Shown here: piece after piece, positions 1 to 11,752 of the stretch | How positions within the stretch are numbered: the first letter of the stretch is position 1 | How the letters are laid out: each line of letters begins with the position of its first letter | Assembly: GCF_036971445.1 (NCBI RefSeq) | Contig: NC_091469.1 | Coordinates: 88,784,001 to 88,848,000 of the forward strand | Direction: 5' to 3' | Source of the DNA: Narcine bancroftii | Taxonomy: Eukaryota | Length of the DNA: 64,000 nucleotides | Translations under genes and position numbers: made by a program | The notes under the pieces: model-generated | What the model was told of the DNA's origin: nothing | The model's input: only the letters and a program-made list of their open reading frames with translations | The model's database searches: none

Positions 1-530
1 TCGTGCACCCATTTTATTTTGTTGTAGTTTATATTAATGTTTGCACTGTGATGTTCCCACTAAAGAACTTTGTGACTTGTTCATGATAATAAATTCTGCT
101 TCTGCTTCTGATATTCTCAATTTACTAATATGCAAGACAAATACACAAAGGAACATGAAGCCTTATCACACAATGGTTCACTGTAGAGACAGTTCACAGC
201 TGAGTTAAATTCCAACTGGATCGATGGAAAACAACATTTCTACAGGAAGCATCACACCAGCTGGCAAGCACTTCCAATGCCAAAAAAAAGCCTTGCTATT
301 ATATGCCATTAAAGTGAACTTTAAAGTGAACAGGTGCCAATTTGTTATCAAAACTCAATGCAAATTTATTGATCAATTTCAGACATTAAGCAGTAAAGGG
401 ACAGTCTAACAGTATGTGGTCAACGAACCTGCCTCTGTTTAGAGACATAAAATTCTGCAAACACTCAGAGGGGTCAGGCAGCATCTGTAGTGTAAAACAA
501 AGTCAACTGTTTAGTTCAGTGAAAAAAAAA

Positions 531-1215
531 CTGGTGCGGAACTAGGAGAAACGAGGAGAGCAGGGTACGGAGACAGAGCGCAGCTCTGCAAGGTTCTACT
601 TCCCAGTCGTGATGCCAATGGCACCGGACAGGCTTTAAATGGCCTGTTAAAGGAGCTGACAGTGAAGTTCTTAAAAAAATCCGGCAACCATGGATGTCTG
701 TGCTGAAGATGGCAACGCCTGTGTGGGATTACAGTTTCCAGAGGAGGGGCAGACCAGCGCAGGGCACCAGGAACGGGAACAGCATGACTGGTTGGGGAAG
801 TGAATCCTGGGAGATGAACTTACAGGGAAGTTGATCGTGGCAGCAGACCAGCAAGGGGCTCAACAGTTGAAGGACTCATACAGGCTGTGGGCTGTTTGCG
901 ACTTGCAGTCAAAGGACCCACACAAGTTGTGGGCTGCTGGAGACTAGCTCATGGAAACCAGATATCATAACTGAGATTTAAGAGTCTGCTGAAGGCAAGA
1001 AGGGCTCCCAAAGGGCCTCAGGCACTGAAGCCTGTATTGTAGATTTGGACCTGTTGCTTGGGTTGCTGATGGATTAAACAGGTGTCTGTGCAACTGCAGA
1101 GGCAGCAGGTGCACTAGAGGCAAATCCACAGACACTTCGTGTCTCATTTGCTTCTCTTTCTCGTATTGTTTGCCTTACATTTTAACGTATTATTATGTGA
1201 CAATAAAACAAATCT
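531..1215 (+). mobile_element. Non-coding ~0.8 kb retro-type element, family copy 1
   Basis: Collinear similarity to 29140-29980, 34405-35110 and 58010-58555; ends in TGACAATAAA followed by a short repeated tail. Confidence 0.7.
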
Positions 1216-2251
1216 TGAAACTGTCATTAGAATAGATCTGTGAAGCATTTCCAGTACCTTGCACTTCAATTTCAGATATTCACCATCTGTAGTTGTCATT
1301 CCATGTAGGCTTTTTTTAAAATCAATTTGATCCATGCACTGCTCTGCCAATTCTAAAATAGAGCATGAACATGGGGAGGATGGCAGATTTCTTCTCCAGA
1401 CGTGAACCAAATGAGATTTTACAAAAATTCCAATTATTTATAATTATCATTGTTTCCCAAGACAAGATCTTTCTTTTAGTGCCAGATTATGACCTTGCTT
1501 GCAATTACACAGATGTCGTGGAAGATTTTGAACTAAGTTCTCTGGGGAGTCCAGGCCTCTGGATCATTCATCTGTCGCACCATTGGGTTACGTACGGAAT
1601 GGAACAACTTCATGGAGGATTTAAGAAGTGAACTGACCAAGTGTGAATTTAAAGTAGTCTTTGTCTGTGGGAAGTCAAGTTGAGAAAGGCCATTATAAAA
1701 ACAAAAGCATCCTTTGGTTCTATAGCTGTGGCAGAGATTAGGAATGCAAGGTAAACCTCATAGCCAGAACATGATTTTAAATTCTCAGATAAGCAAATTA
1801 GGAAGCTGTTGAAAGATTAGGAGTTTGAGAATATCCTCTTAGTTCAGATTTTCAGTTAGAGAGAGGCTGGAGAGGCTGCAATTACACTTCTTAGAGCAAA
1901 ACAAAAGGGGAGTTGAGAGTAGTATTGGAAACCCCAATTCATTTTTGAATTAATTGGGAGGGGAGCGATTTACGATCACAGCATCAAAGTTGGTGATTCT
2001 AGGCATGGAGAGGACAACAGGGACAAGATTGATGATGATTAAAATATATTTTGATCTGAAGAAGAAATAGGCCAAACACAGGTAAATAGGACTAGGCCAG
2101 TCAGAAAACCTGGTAAGCCTGGATGAATTGGATTGAAGGACCTCTTTCTGTGCTGAATAGCTCTATAATTTGATGACTGGGTCAATTTTGGTGAAATGTG
2201 ATGCAATGGAGGGCAAAGGATGCAAACTGTTGAAGTTATTCACATAAATCA

Positions 2252-2868
2252 GCAGTTTTCAAACGTTTTCTTTCCACTCACATCCCACTTCAAGTATTGC
2301 CTATGCCATTCTCCACACCCTGCTCTCCTCGTTTCTCCTAGTTCCGCACCAGTTTTTTTCACTGAACTAAAAAGTTGATTAGTAAGGGATTACTTGAGGT
2401 GGTATGTGAATTGGTAAAAAAAAAGGTTAAGAACCCAACTCTAGACCCAATTGTTACTGAAACATTTTGCTTGAGAAAAATTGTCATTGGCCTATTTCCT
2501 TTGGAGTTATCAAACTGTGCACATAATGAGTCAATTCTTCTTTGGCTTGGCTTCGCGGACGAAGATTTATGGAGGGGGTAAATGTCCACGTCAGCTGCAG
2601 GCTCGATTGTGGCTGACAAGTCCGATGCGGGACAGGCAGACACGGTTGCAGCGGTTGCAGGGGAAAATTGGTTGGTTGGGGTTGGGTGTTGGGTTTTTCC
2701 TCCTTTGTCTTTTGTCAGTGAGGTCAATACCATTAAAACAGTGGTTTTCAAATGTTTTCTTTCCACTAACATAACATTTCAAGTAATCCCTTACTTATCA
2801 CAGAACACCTATGGCATAGAGATTATTTAAGGTGCTCTATGAGTGGAAGAAAATTTTTGAAAACCACT
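2252..2868. mobile_element. Compound hAT-type MITE (two palindromic units around a ~110-bp spacer), interrupted by an RTE fragment and a templated insert
   Basis: Has CAG(TG)GTTTTCAAA...TTTCCAC and GTGGAA...TTGAAAACCAC ends; same structure and spacer as the uninterrupted copy at 53231-53594. Confidence 0.75.
2537..2722 (-). mobile_element. RTE LINE, short 3' fragment
   Basis: Near-identical to the 3' end of 11753-13265 (encodes LTDKRQRRKNPTP...SHNRACS, with the CGCGAAGCCAAGCCAAAG tail); possible GTCAAT TSD. Confidence 0.9.
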
Positions 2869-3224
2869 CACATACATCCTCTCAAACACTTAAGATTTTA
2901 ACATCCTTCCCAATCTGTGCTATCAGAATGGAGCAGAGTGTTCCAGCAATAAATCTTAGGTAGTGTATGATGAGATTTTCACAAATATCCTTGCTTTTGC
3001 CTCTCCAAATAAAATTGAAGGATGTCCATCCTGCACTGCTGCAGAGAAAGCAGCAATTACAGCTCTCAGGAGAGACATTGGCTCTATGGACAATGAGCAA
3101 TTTGGTCCAAGATCTCCTTTGATGCTCCACACAAAGAACAATGCACGGGAAACAACGTCATTACATGCAGTCCCGAATACATCAACCATAACGGCAGAAC
3201 TAAAACACAAAACTATCATGGTCA

Positions 3225-3560
3225 TCAGTCTTCACTACATCGAGGACAACTACAAGAGACAGTGTCTTAAGAAAACAGCCTCTATCCTCAAGGACCCCAC
3301 CACCCAGGTCATGCCCTCTTCTCACTGCTATGATCAGGAAGGAGGTACAGGTGCATGAAGATGAATACCCAGTGGTATAAGGACCACTTCTTCCTCTCTG
3401 CCATCAGATTTCTGAATGAACAATGAATCACAGCCTCTACCTCACTTTGACTTCTTTTGCATTTATTTTTAAATATAATTTCGAGCAATATTTGCTCTGT
3501 GACGCTGCTGCAAAACAACAAATTTTGTACATGTTCCTGACAGTAAATTCTTATTCTGAG
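3225..3560 (+). mobile_element. Rex1/Babar-type LINE 3' fragment
   Basis: Encodes HYIEDNYKRQCLKKTASILKDP, followed by the family 3' UTR ending GACAGTAAATTCTTATTCTGA. Confidence 0.75.
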
Positions 3561-3710
3561 GCACCGAGTTAATTTTTCAGTGTGGCTCAGTAAATTATGT
3601 TATTTTGTATTTTTTTCCAGGAAAAAGAAAGACCTTCTTTGATATTCAGTTGTCAATAGCTAAAAAATGACTATATGTAGTTCAATTTTCAGGCACTCGA
3701 ATGCAGCATT

Positions 3711-5761
3711 CAGGAGGGGCAAAAGGTTTGAGAGAGCCGTGGTTTTCAAGGAATATTGGAAACTTGGTTCGAAGAAAAAGGGAGGCGTACATTAGATATA
3801 AGAAGCATGGAGTTAAGGAGATGTTTGAAAGATACATTGAATGTAAGAGGAATCTTAAGAGAGGAATTAGGAAAGCTAAAAGAAGGTACGAGAAAACTAT
3901 GGCAAGCAGGGTGAAAACTAATCCAAAAGAGTTCTACAAATATGTTAATGGTAAGAGGAAAGCTAGAGACAAAATTGGTCCCTTAGAAAATCAGAGTGGA
4001 AAACTGTGTGTGGAACCTAGAGAAATGGGGGAGATATTGAACAGTTTCTTTTCTTCGGTATTCACTAAGGAGAAGGATATTGGGAGATGTGGGATAAAAA
4101 AAGCAACTTGGGTAAATATGGGGAATATAGAGATTACAAAAGGTGTAGTTTTAAGGCTTTTGAAGAATATAAAGGTGGATAAGTCTCCGGGACCAGACGG
4201 GATCTTCCCCAGGACATTGAGAGAAGTGAAGGAGGAAATAGCAGAGGCTCTGGCGGTAATTTTTCAAATGTCATTAGATATGGGGATAGTGCCGGAGGAT
4301 TGGCGCATTGCACATGTGGTTCCGTTATTTAAAAAGGGTTCAAGGAGGAAGCCTGGCAACTATCGGCCTGTAAGTTTGACGTCTGTGGTAGGTAAATTAA
4401 TGGAGAAAATTCTTAGAGATAGTACTTATAAACATCTGGATAGACAGGGTCTGATCAGGAGCACTCAACATGGATTTGTGGGAGGAAGGTCATGTTTGAC
4501 CAATCTGATTGAATTTTTTGAAGAGGTGACTAGGAATGTGGATGAGGGTAGCGCAGTGGATGTTGTCTATATGGACTTCAGTAAGGCCTTCGATAAGGTA
4601 CCACATGGAAGGTTAGTTAGGAAGGTGCAGTCTTTAGGTATAAATTTTGAGATAGTCAAATGGATTGAACATTGGCTGAAAGGGAGAGGCCAGAGAGTGG
4701 TAGTGGATAATTGTCTGTCAGGTTGGAGGCCGGTGACCAGTGGTGTGCCTCAAGGATCTGTATTGGGCCCATTGTTGTTCGTTATATACATTAATGATCT
4801 AGATGATGGGGTGGTGAATTGGATTAGTAAATATGCAGACGATACTAAGATAGGGTGGAATAGTGGATAATGAAGAAGGTTTTCAAGGATTGCAGAGGGA
4901 TTTGGGCTGCTTAGAAAAGTGGGCTGAAAAATGGCAGATGGAATTTAATGCTGATAAGTGTGAGGTGCTTCATTTTGGTAAGAAGAATCAGAATAGGATA
5001 TATGTGGTAAATGGGAGAGCATTGAGGAATACAGAAGAGCAGAAAGATTTAGGAGTGACGGTACATCGTTCCCTGAAGGTAGAAACTCACGTGAATAGGG
5101 TGGTGAAGAAGGCTTTTAGTATGCTGGCCTTTATCAATCATTGCATGGAATATAGGAGTTGGGAGGTGATGTTGAGATTGTATAAGACGTTGGTGCGGCC
5201 TAATTTGGAGTTCTGTGTGCAGTTCTGGTCGCCTAATTATAGGAAGAATATAAACAGAGTGGAGAGAGTGCAGAGAAGGTTTACCAGAATGTTGCCTGGG
5301 TTTAAGCATCTGGAGTATGGGGAGAGATTGGACAGATTGGGTCTTTATTCTTTGGAGCGTAGAAGGTTGAGAGGGGATTTGATAGAAGTATTTAAGATTA
5401 TGAAAGGGATAGTCAGAATGGATGTGGATAGACTATTTCCGTTAAGAGGAGGAAAGTTTAAAACAAGAGGACATGAGTTAAGAATTAAGGGGCAGAGGTT
5501 TAGAGGTAACATGAGGGGGAACTTCTTTACTCAGAGAGTGGTAGCTGTGTGGAATGATCTTCCGGGAGAAATAGTGGCGGCGGAGTCAATTGTATTATTT
5601 AAGAAAAGGTTGGACAGGTATATGGATGAGAAGAAGATGGAGGGTTATGGGCATTGTGCAGGGAGGTGGGATTAGAAAGGGGTGTTTGGTTCGGTGCGGA
5701 CTAGAAGGGCCTAATGGCCTGTTTCCGTGCTGTAATTGTTATGTTATTATGTTATTATGTT
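3711..5761 (+). mobile_element. CR1 LINE, 5'-truncated and young; RT ORF2 split by one frameshift near 4853
   Basis: ORFs 3701-4870 and 4863-5675 carry [46 protein letters not shown] and ERRRLRGDLIE. The element has a (TTATG)n 3' tail and an AGCATT TSD at 3705-3710 and 5762-5767. Confidence 0.95.
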
Positions 5762-6018
5762 AGCATTGGAAAATGTGGTAAAAGCGGATCCCATGATAAT
5801 CCTTTTCAAAAATTGGATAAAGAGTTGGGGAAAATTCTACTATCTTTGGAAAGAACCAGCATTGGGTTCCCTTGCTCAGTTCTTGACACTGAAATTCCAG
5901 TCAAGATTTTCAGCTCAAGACTTTCAGGTAGATTTAATTTATACTTATTCGGCATGTGAGTGTCCCTAGAGAATGTTTAATCACAATCTGGAATAGGTCA
6001 TTGCAGTGTTAAGGGTCA

Positions 6019-6600
6019 TGTTACCTCTCCAGTGAGAACCAAGTCAGAAGCCTCCACATCTGTCAATCAAATTCAGCACCTCCCATGCTGAGCAGTAGCA
6101 CTCACCTTGCAATTGGCCTTTTCAACAATCCACACTGGTTGCCATTGGCTCTATTAATCATCTAGCCTGGCCCCACTGACTAACAGAGGAGTATAAAGCC
6201 CAACACATGGAACCGCTGGGTTTCTTTTCCCCAAGGAATGAACCCAGCTCCACACCACGTCACAAGCCAGAGTGGATGCTGGAGAATCGATATCAAGGTG
6301 TGCGCCAGTAAAGGGTGCGGGACTTTGTGGTGCACACTGATTAACCATCATCGTACAGTGCATATTTTTCCTTATTTAGTTTTGGTGCCATACCTGCGCT
6401 AGTTTGAGGGGTGGTGGGTACTATTGTTCCATCTATATCTATTTTCTAGTTATTGCTTGTTTAGTTGCATCCGATATTTTATGTACTCTGTGAGAGTATG
6501 TGAATGAATGTGATTCCTTGTGGTGAATTTACTTTGCAGACAAATAAAGATTGTTTGGACTCATTGCTTCTCAGACCTGTTGAACATTCCTCACATAACA
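6019..6600 (+). mobile_element. Solo LTR (Gypsy/BEL/ERV-type)
   Basis: TGTTA...TAACA termini, 4-bp flanks GTCA/GTCC, TATAAA at ~6192 and AATAAA at 6543-6548. Confidence 0.7.
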
Positions 6601-7215
6601 GTCCAGACTCTACATTTATTGACCTGATATGTTTGTGAAGTGATAGCAACTGTTGCTGATATCTCTTTCCATCAAATCTGCCACATTTGGCCCCACTTCC
6701 ATTTGTAAGGTACTACAGTACTTGTTCAGTCAACTCACTTTGGGTGCCTTCTCTGTATCTGTGGGGCTCATTTCTTCCTCTGCAGTGGAACTGTCATTCA
6801 CAGTCAATGAAGCTAACTTCCAGCTGCAGTTAATTCATCTCCAATCAGATTGGAATATATTGTATTGTTTTTGCTGTTCAATTTTCAAACTTCACTTGTT
6901 TGGATTAAAAGGGGTACGCGATTTCAGAGAATCATGGGCCAAAAGAGAAGGTACTCCTTTTCCCAAACAATGCCAGTCGTCACTGCTTATCTTGCCCTTG
7001 AGTTGACAGTGATAAGGTATCATGGAGGTGGTGGTGTACCTTGTCCTAAGTGATAAAGATTGCAGCTTTACAAGGTGCATCTTTGGAAGCCTCAGCAAGT
7101 GATTAGATTGCTGTCATGGAGGAGAAGAGGGCATTGGGAATGAATATTTCAAGAATATGCAAGCCTGATGCATAATTTCTCATTTCATCTTCAATCCTGA
7201 TTGATGATATATATA

Positions 7216-7465
7216 TTAATTTTGACATTCGGCATGGTAACAGGCCATTTTAGCCCATGAGTCCAAGCTGCCCAATTTACGCTCAATTAACCTACACCCC
7301 CAGTATGTTTTGAATGGTGGGAGGAAATTGGAGCCCCCAGGGAAACACATGCAGACATGGGGAGAACATGCCAACTCCTTACAGACAGTGTGGGATTCAA
7401 ACCCCGGTCCCAATCACTGACACTGTAAAGGCATTGTGCTAACCGCTATACCAACCGTGCCACCC
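7216..7465 (-). mobile_element. tRNA-derived V-SINE (HE1-like)
   Basis: Minus strand has A/B-box-like GGCACGGTTGGTATAGCGG and GGTTTGAATCCC, then the V-core GGAGTTGGCATGTTCTCCCCATGTCTGC...TTTCCTCCCAC. Confidence 0.85.
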
Positions 7466-9054
7466 GTTGGCCCACAATTTCTGCCCATCACCTGAGTTAC
7501 GCCATATTTTAATCAAGTGCAATTCACACCAATGTTTTTTTTTCTGAAAAGTTGCACAACTCTTATTTCAGTGACCATCCTTATTCTTCAGAGAGTCAGG
7601 TTTCTCCAGGAGGCATGTAAACATTTTAAAAAATACCTTTATTGCTGAAGCTAATGATATAACACACACAAAAATGAATTCTTTCTGATCCAATTCCTTG
7701 GACTTGGCTGAAACCTTAAACTGGCCATCTCTCTCAAAACCTGATCCAGCCTTTCCAATACTTGCTCAAGATCATCAGACCAAAATATTGCATCGAATAT
7801 AGATGCTACCTGACCTGTTATGTATTTCCACTATTTCTTATTCTTAAATGGATGATCTGCAGTTTTGGTAAAATCTTTTAATCCAGTATGAGCATATTTA
7901 AAACTGTTGATCTTCCGGCATTTTCCTTGCTCATTCATATGGAATGTTAGCTGGGGGCTTCAGAGTGTAAATGGCATGCAATGCCAGAGTGCACCTAAAG
8001 TCCGGGCCGGGCTTTAGAACACAAAGGGTCAGGAACAAGGCGAAGCTTGGGGTCAATAGGATTTAATGCCTGTACGTTTTCCGCTGACTTTATACTCAAC
8101 AGGTTGACTGATTACGCTACTCATCAAAAATATTGCACATAAAATGTAGGGTAACATATTAAAAGTGAAATAAAAATGTTGGGACATTTTTGAGAACAAC
8201 ATTCTGGAAAGTGTGTCAGTCCAGAGGATGCCAGGTTATCAGAGTTTTAATGCATTTGACTTCAGTATGCAATTGCAAGGTGCAGATGAACATCACAAAT
8301 CCCAATTTCATCTTTGGTTATATTCTGAAAGTTAAAACTCTTTATATTCCTTCAAAGTAACATTAGCCAATGGAAACCTTGGTAATGTAGCACCAGCTGA
8401 AAGAGTGTTATTGTAAAATTGTCATTTAATAGAGAAGCAAACACTCAATTAGTAGCAGCAAAATTGATGTAGCTTGTGTCATTATAGATGTGCCCTTAGT
8501 TCAGCAAGTGTTGATGTTTCATATTGATTTGAACATGTAATACAGAGATGGTGCCTTTGCGATTGGCATCTAAAAATGTATCAATTAGGTAATGTCACAT
8601 TATATAAACTCAAAATCAGACAGGAGTCTGCCAGGGAGAAAATACGAGGCAAAAACCATGTTCCTGTGGAATATAAAAAGCTTGAAGCCATCCTTGGATT
8701 ATTGATATGCAATTCATGTTTGCTGTACCTTTCCAGTTACCACTTGTATCTTCATCTCCAGCTTTCTTTTCAGCAACTCTGGTTCACAATTTTAAATGAC
8801 AGCTCTGCAGGAAATCACCACCCTCCTGTTCTCCTTGGACATTTTGGATTTGTGCAGTACAGTGAGGAGGCACAGGACACACCTTGGGTTGGATGCCATT
8901 TTGAGATTGGACTCAGCAATGAGTCCAGCAACAGCTCCAGGAGTTGGATGCACTTTGCTTCTTGCCCATCTTTGGGATCAGAACCAAAGTGTATCCAGCC
9001 CCTGAGCTTATTTCGAGGCAACTGTGGGTAGAGTATTCATTGAAGACCCATTTA

Positions 9055-9255
9055 ATTCAAATTTTAATTTAAAGATACAGCATGGTAACAAGCCCTCTGG
9101 TCATGAGCATACGCCACACAAACCCCTTGTACCTTTGGAGCATAGTAGGAAACTGAAGCACTCAGGGGAAACCTACACAGTCACTGGGAGAAAGGACACA
9201 CATCTTGCAGACTATGCTGGATTCAAACCCAAGTCTCAAGCACTGTATTAGTGTA
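9055..9255 (-). mobile_element. V-SINE, degenerate
   Basis: Similar to 7216-7465. Confidence 0.7.
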
Positions 9256-9989
9256 TGCAAACATCTGATTGGGGCTGTCAAACTTCACAGAATAGTTTAG
9301 GGAAGTTAATTTATTTTTATTTTAGTATTAATTAATTAGAAACATAAATATCAATAGTAATTCACATTTATAACTTTTGTTTTTATTATCTTGATCCATG
9401 TGAACAGTGTATCAGAAGTTTCTGAATACCTAGAACAGTCATAAGTATCATAAATCCAATGACCTAACTTTGATCCAGATGATGGATTTTGTCTGTTTGC
9501 CCACTCTTCCTGTAACAGCATAGGTTTCTCCCAGCCACTCTAGGTTCACCTCACATCCCAAAGACAGACTGGTAGGTTAGCTGACAGCTGTAAATTTCCC
9601 CAACTGCTTTTGGAAGAGTTAAGGTCCACTTGGGAGAGAAGAGGTCACAGGGACTGTGATGGGTGGGAATGCCTCCTAATATCCTCCTTCAAACTGTTCA
9701 AGGAGAAATGGAAGAATGAGGCAAGCATTTGATAGCATGTAAGTGGTCAAAGATTCTCTGAGAGACCTCACTACCATTGGTTTGTGGCTGTCTTCCAACA
9801 GCAGACCATTGTCTTTGAGGTGGGGGCATGCAGTGGAGAATTCCAAAATAGCCCACCCTTCAGATGTTACAGCAGTTAAGTCTGGCCAGGAACTAGACTG
9901 TAGGTTGGATCAAGCATGATTCACCTCAGCCCTCTTTCACGTGGAGGGCATTTGCATGCTATATCCAAATAACCAGATGCCAGAATGTC

Positions 9990-10364
9990 CATGCTTGAAT
10001 ACCCAATAGCCAACCACTTCAATTCCCTTCAGCATCCCTGAATAAACATAGATTTCCTTGGTTTCAACCATTGCCAGGACGAGGCAAATGTAAATTTGAG
10101 GAACAACATATCATTCTTCCTGGATAGCTTTAACCCCATTGGCATGAATGCCAATGCTTCCAATTTGTAAGTAACCCCTACCTCTAACCAGTTCCACTGT
10201 TTCTATCTCTTCTTTACACTCTCTTGCTCTTGCTTCACTCTCTCACTGTCCCCCTCCCACTGCTCACTTCTTCCACCTGTCTCTTCACCTACCCCACCTC
10301 TCTTATCTCAAAGGCCCTACCAAGCTTCTTCTATCCTTTGAAATATCCCCTCCCATTTTTGACC
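9990..10364 (+). mobile_element. Penelope-like element fragment (GIY-YIG C-terminus plus pyrimidine-rich tail)
   Basis: Degenerate ANHFNS...EEQH-IF-L-S--P-GMN--SN coding remnant; resumes after the hAT insertion at ~10966. Confidence 0.6.
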
Positions 10365-10372
10365 CATTAAAG

Positions 10373-10957
10373 CAGGGGTGTCAAACTCAAATTCACCGAG
10401 GGCCAAAATTAAAAACTTGGACTAAGTCGAGGGCCGAACTAAATATTTATTGAAAATTTTCAACAACATCTGCATGTTTTCTCTCAACATATGTAATTTT
10501 AAACTTTTTCTTATTAAAATAAATGTTTAATAAAAGTTTTGGTTAAACTCTTTCCATAAGAAGCATTATCAAATAAGAAATAAAATATTCAATAAATAAT
10601 ATTTCTCTCTAGCCTTTAAGCCAAGGATCGCACGTTGCCGAGAAGCATGCCAGGGAGCGGAGGTCTGCAGGGATCCTTCCCCAGCCCAGCCAGCAAACCC
10701 GAGTGGCAACCCCCCCCTGCTCCCTCTCCCTCCTCCGCCTGCCGCAACCGCCGCCAACAACCCAAGGATCGGTGTACTGCTGTGCCTGCTGTGGAAGTGC
10801 TAAAAACTACTATGGTAGGGCTTGCTGCTGTGCATGTGCTATACTTGCGCGGCGGCCAGCGGGCCAACTCTAATATATATTTAATATGATCTTGCGGGCC
10901 AAATATAATTATATCGCAGGCCAAATTTGGCCCGCGGGCCAGAGTTTGACATGTGTG
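10373..10957. mobile_element. Non-autonomous hAT (Buster/Charlie-type) DNA transposon
   Basis: Ends CAGGGGTGTCAAACTC and GAGTTTGACATGTGTG; perfect 8-bp TSD CATTAAAG (10365-10372 and 10958-10965) with central TA; subterminal GCGGGCC repeats. Confidence 0.9.
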
Positions 10958-11099
10958 CATTAAAGGGTTGTGCCCCAAAATGTTGACTGACCATTTCTAA
11001 CAGTGGAGTTTTTCCAGCTTCTCATTGTTTCCCCTGCATTTATTCTCCTCACATTCTCAACAACTGCCCCAGATTCTTCCACTATCCACACATTGGTGT

Positions 11100-11285
11100 C
11101 AAATGACCTTCCAACCTTCTCCTCTGAGGGATATGTGGAGACAAAACTGGAACTCCCAGAGGAAACCCACAGAATCAGAGGGAGAGCATGCAAGCTCCAC
11201 ACAGATAACACCCAAGGTTTTGATTAAACTTGGGACTCTGGCACCCTGAGGCAGTGGCTCCATTGACTATGCCACTGTGCTCCCA
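11100..11285 (-). mobile_element. V-SINE, second subfamily
   Basis: Minus strand reads GGCACAGTGGCATAGTC...TGTGTGGAGCTTGCATGCTCTCCC...GTGGGTTTCCTCTGG. Confidence 0.7.
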
Positions 11286-11752
11286 CAATCAAAACTGTTG
11301 CTTCATTCATAGTTGAAGCCCATTGGAGTAATATTCTGAAAGCCATGATCAGCAAGGTTGTAGTGACACACCACAGGTGGGGTAAAGTGTTGGGAAATGG
11401 GGGTAGTGAGCTTAAACCAAGAACTGATCTTAACGGCATAGAGGAACTGCCAGGTAGAAAGTTTGATTGTTTATAGCTGACCGACAAGGTCCTCTCAGTT
11501 TTAACCTCACAGAGGATGACTCCTACTTTGTAGCTGAGCCTGTTGGAGGAACTCAGCAGGTCAGGCAGAATTCATGTGTAGCAATGGTCAGCCAACGTTT
11601 CAGGTCAGGACCATTCACAAGAGTTTGTTGTCATTCGCTAAAGATTTCAGCATTTGCAACAGAGCATCTTACGTCTTCACTTTTCACAAGCTTCTTTTCT
11701 CTCCTCCCCAGTTCTGATGGAGAGGTTTGGATGTGAACTATTTATAGTCTGA

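Noticed and set aside
8576-9031. 151-aa plus-strand ORF as a nested gene
   Set aside because: No recognisable domain or coding signature; length is within chance expectation for a 64 kb window.
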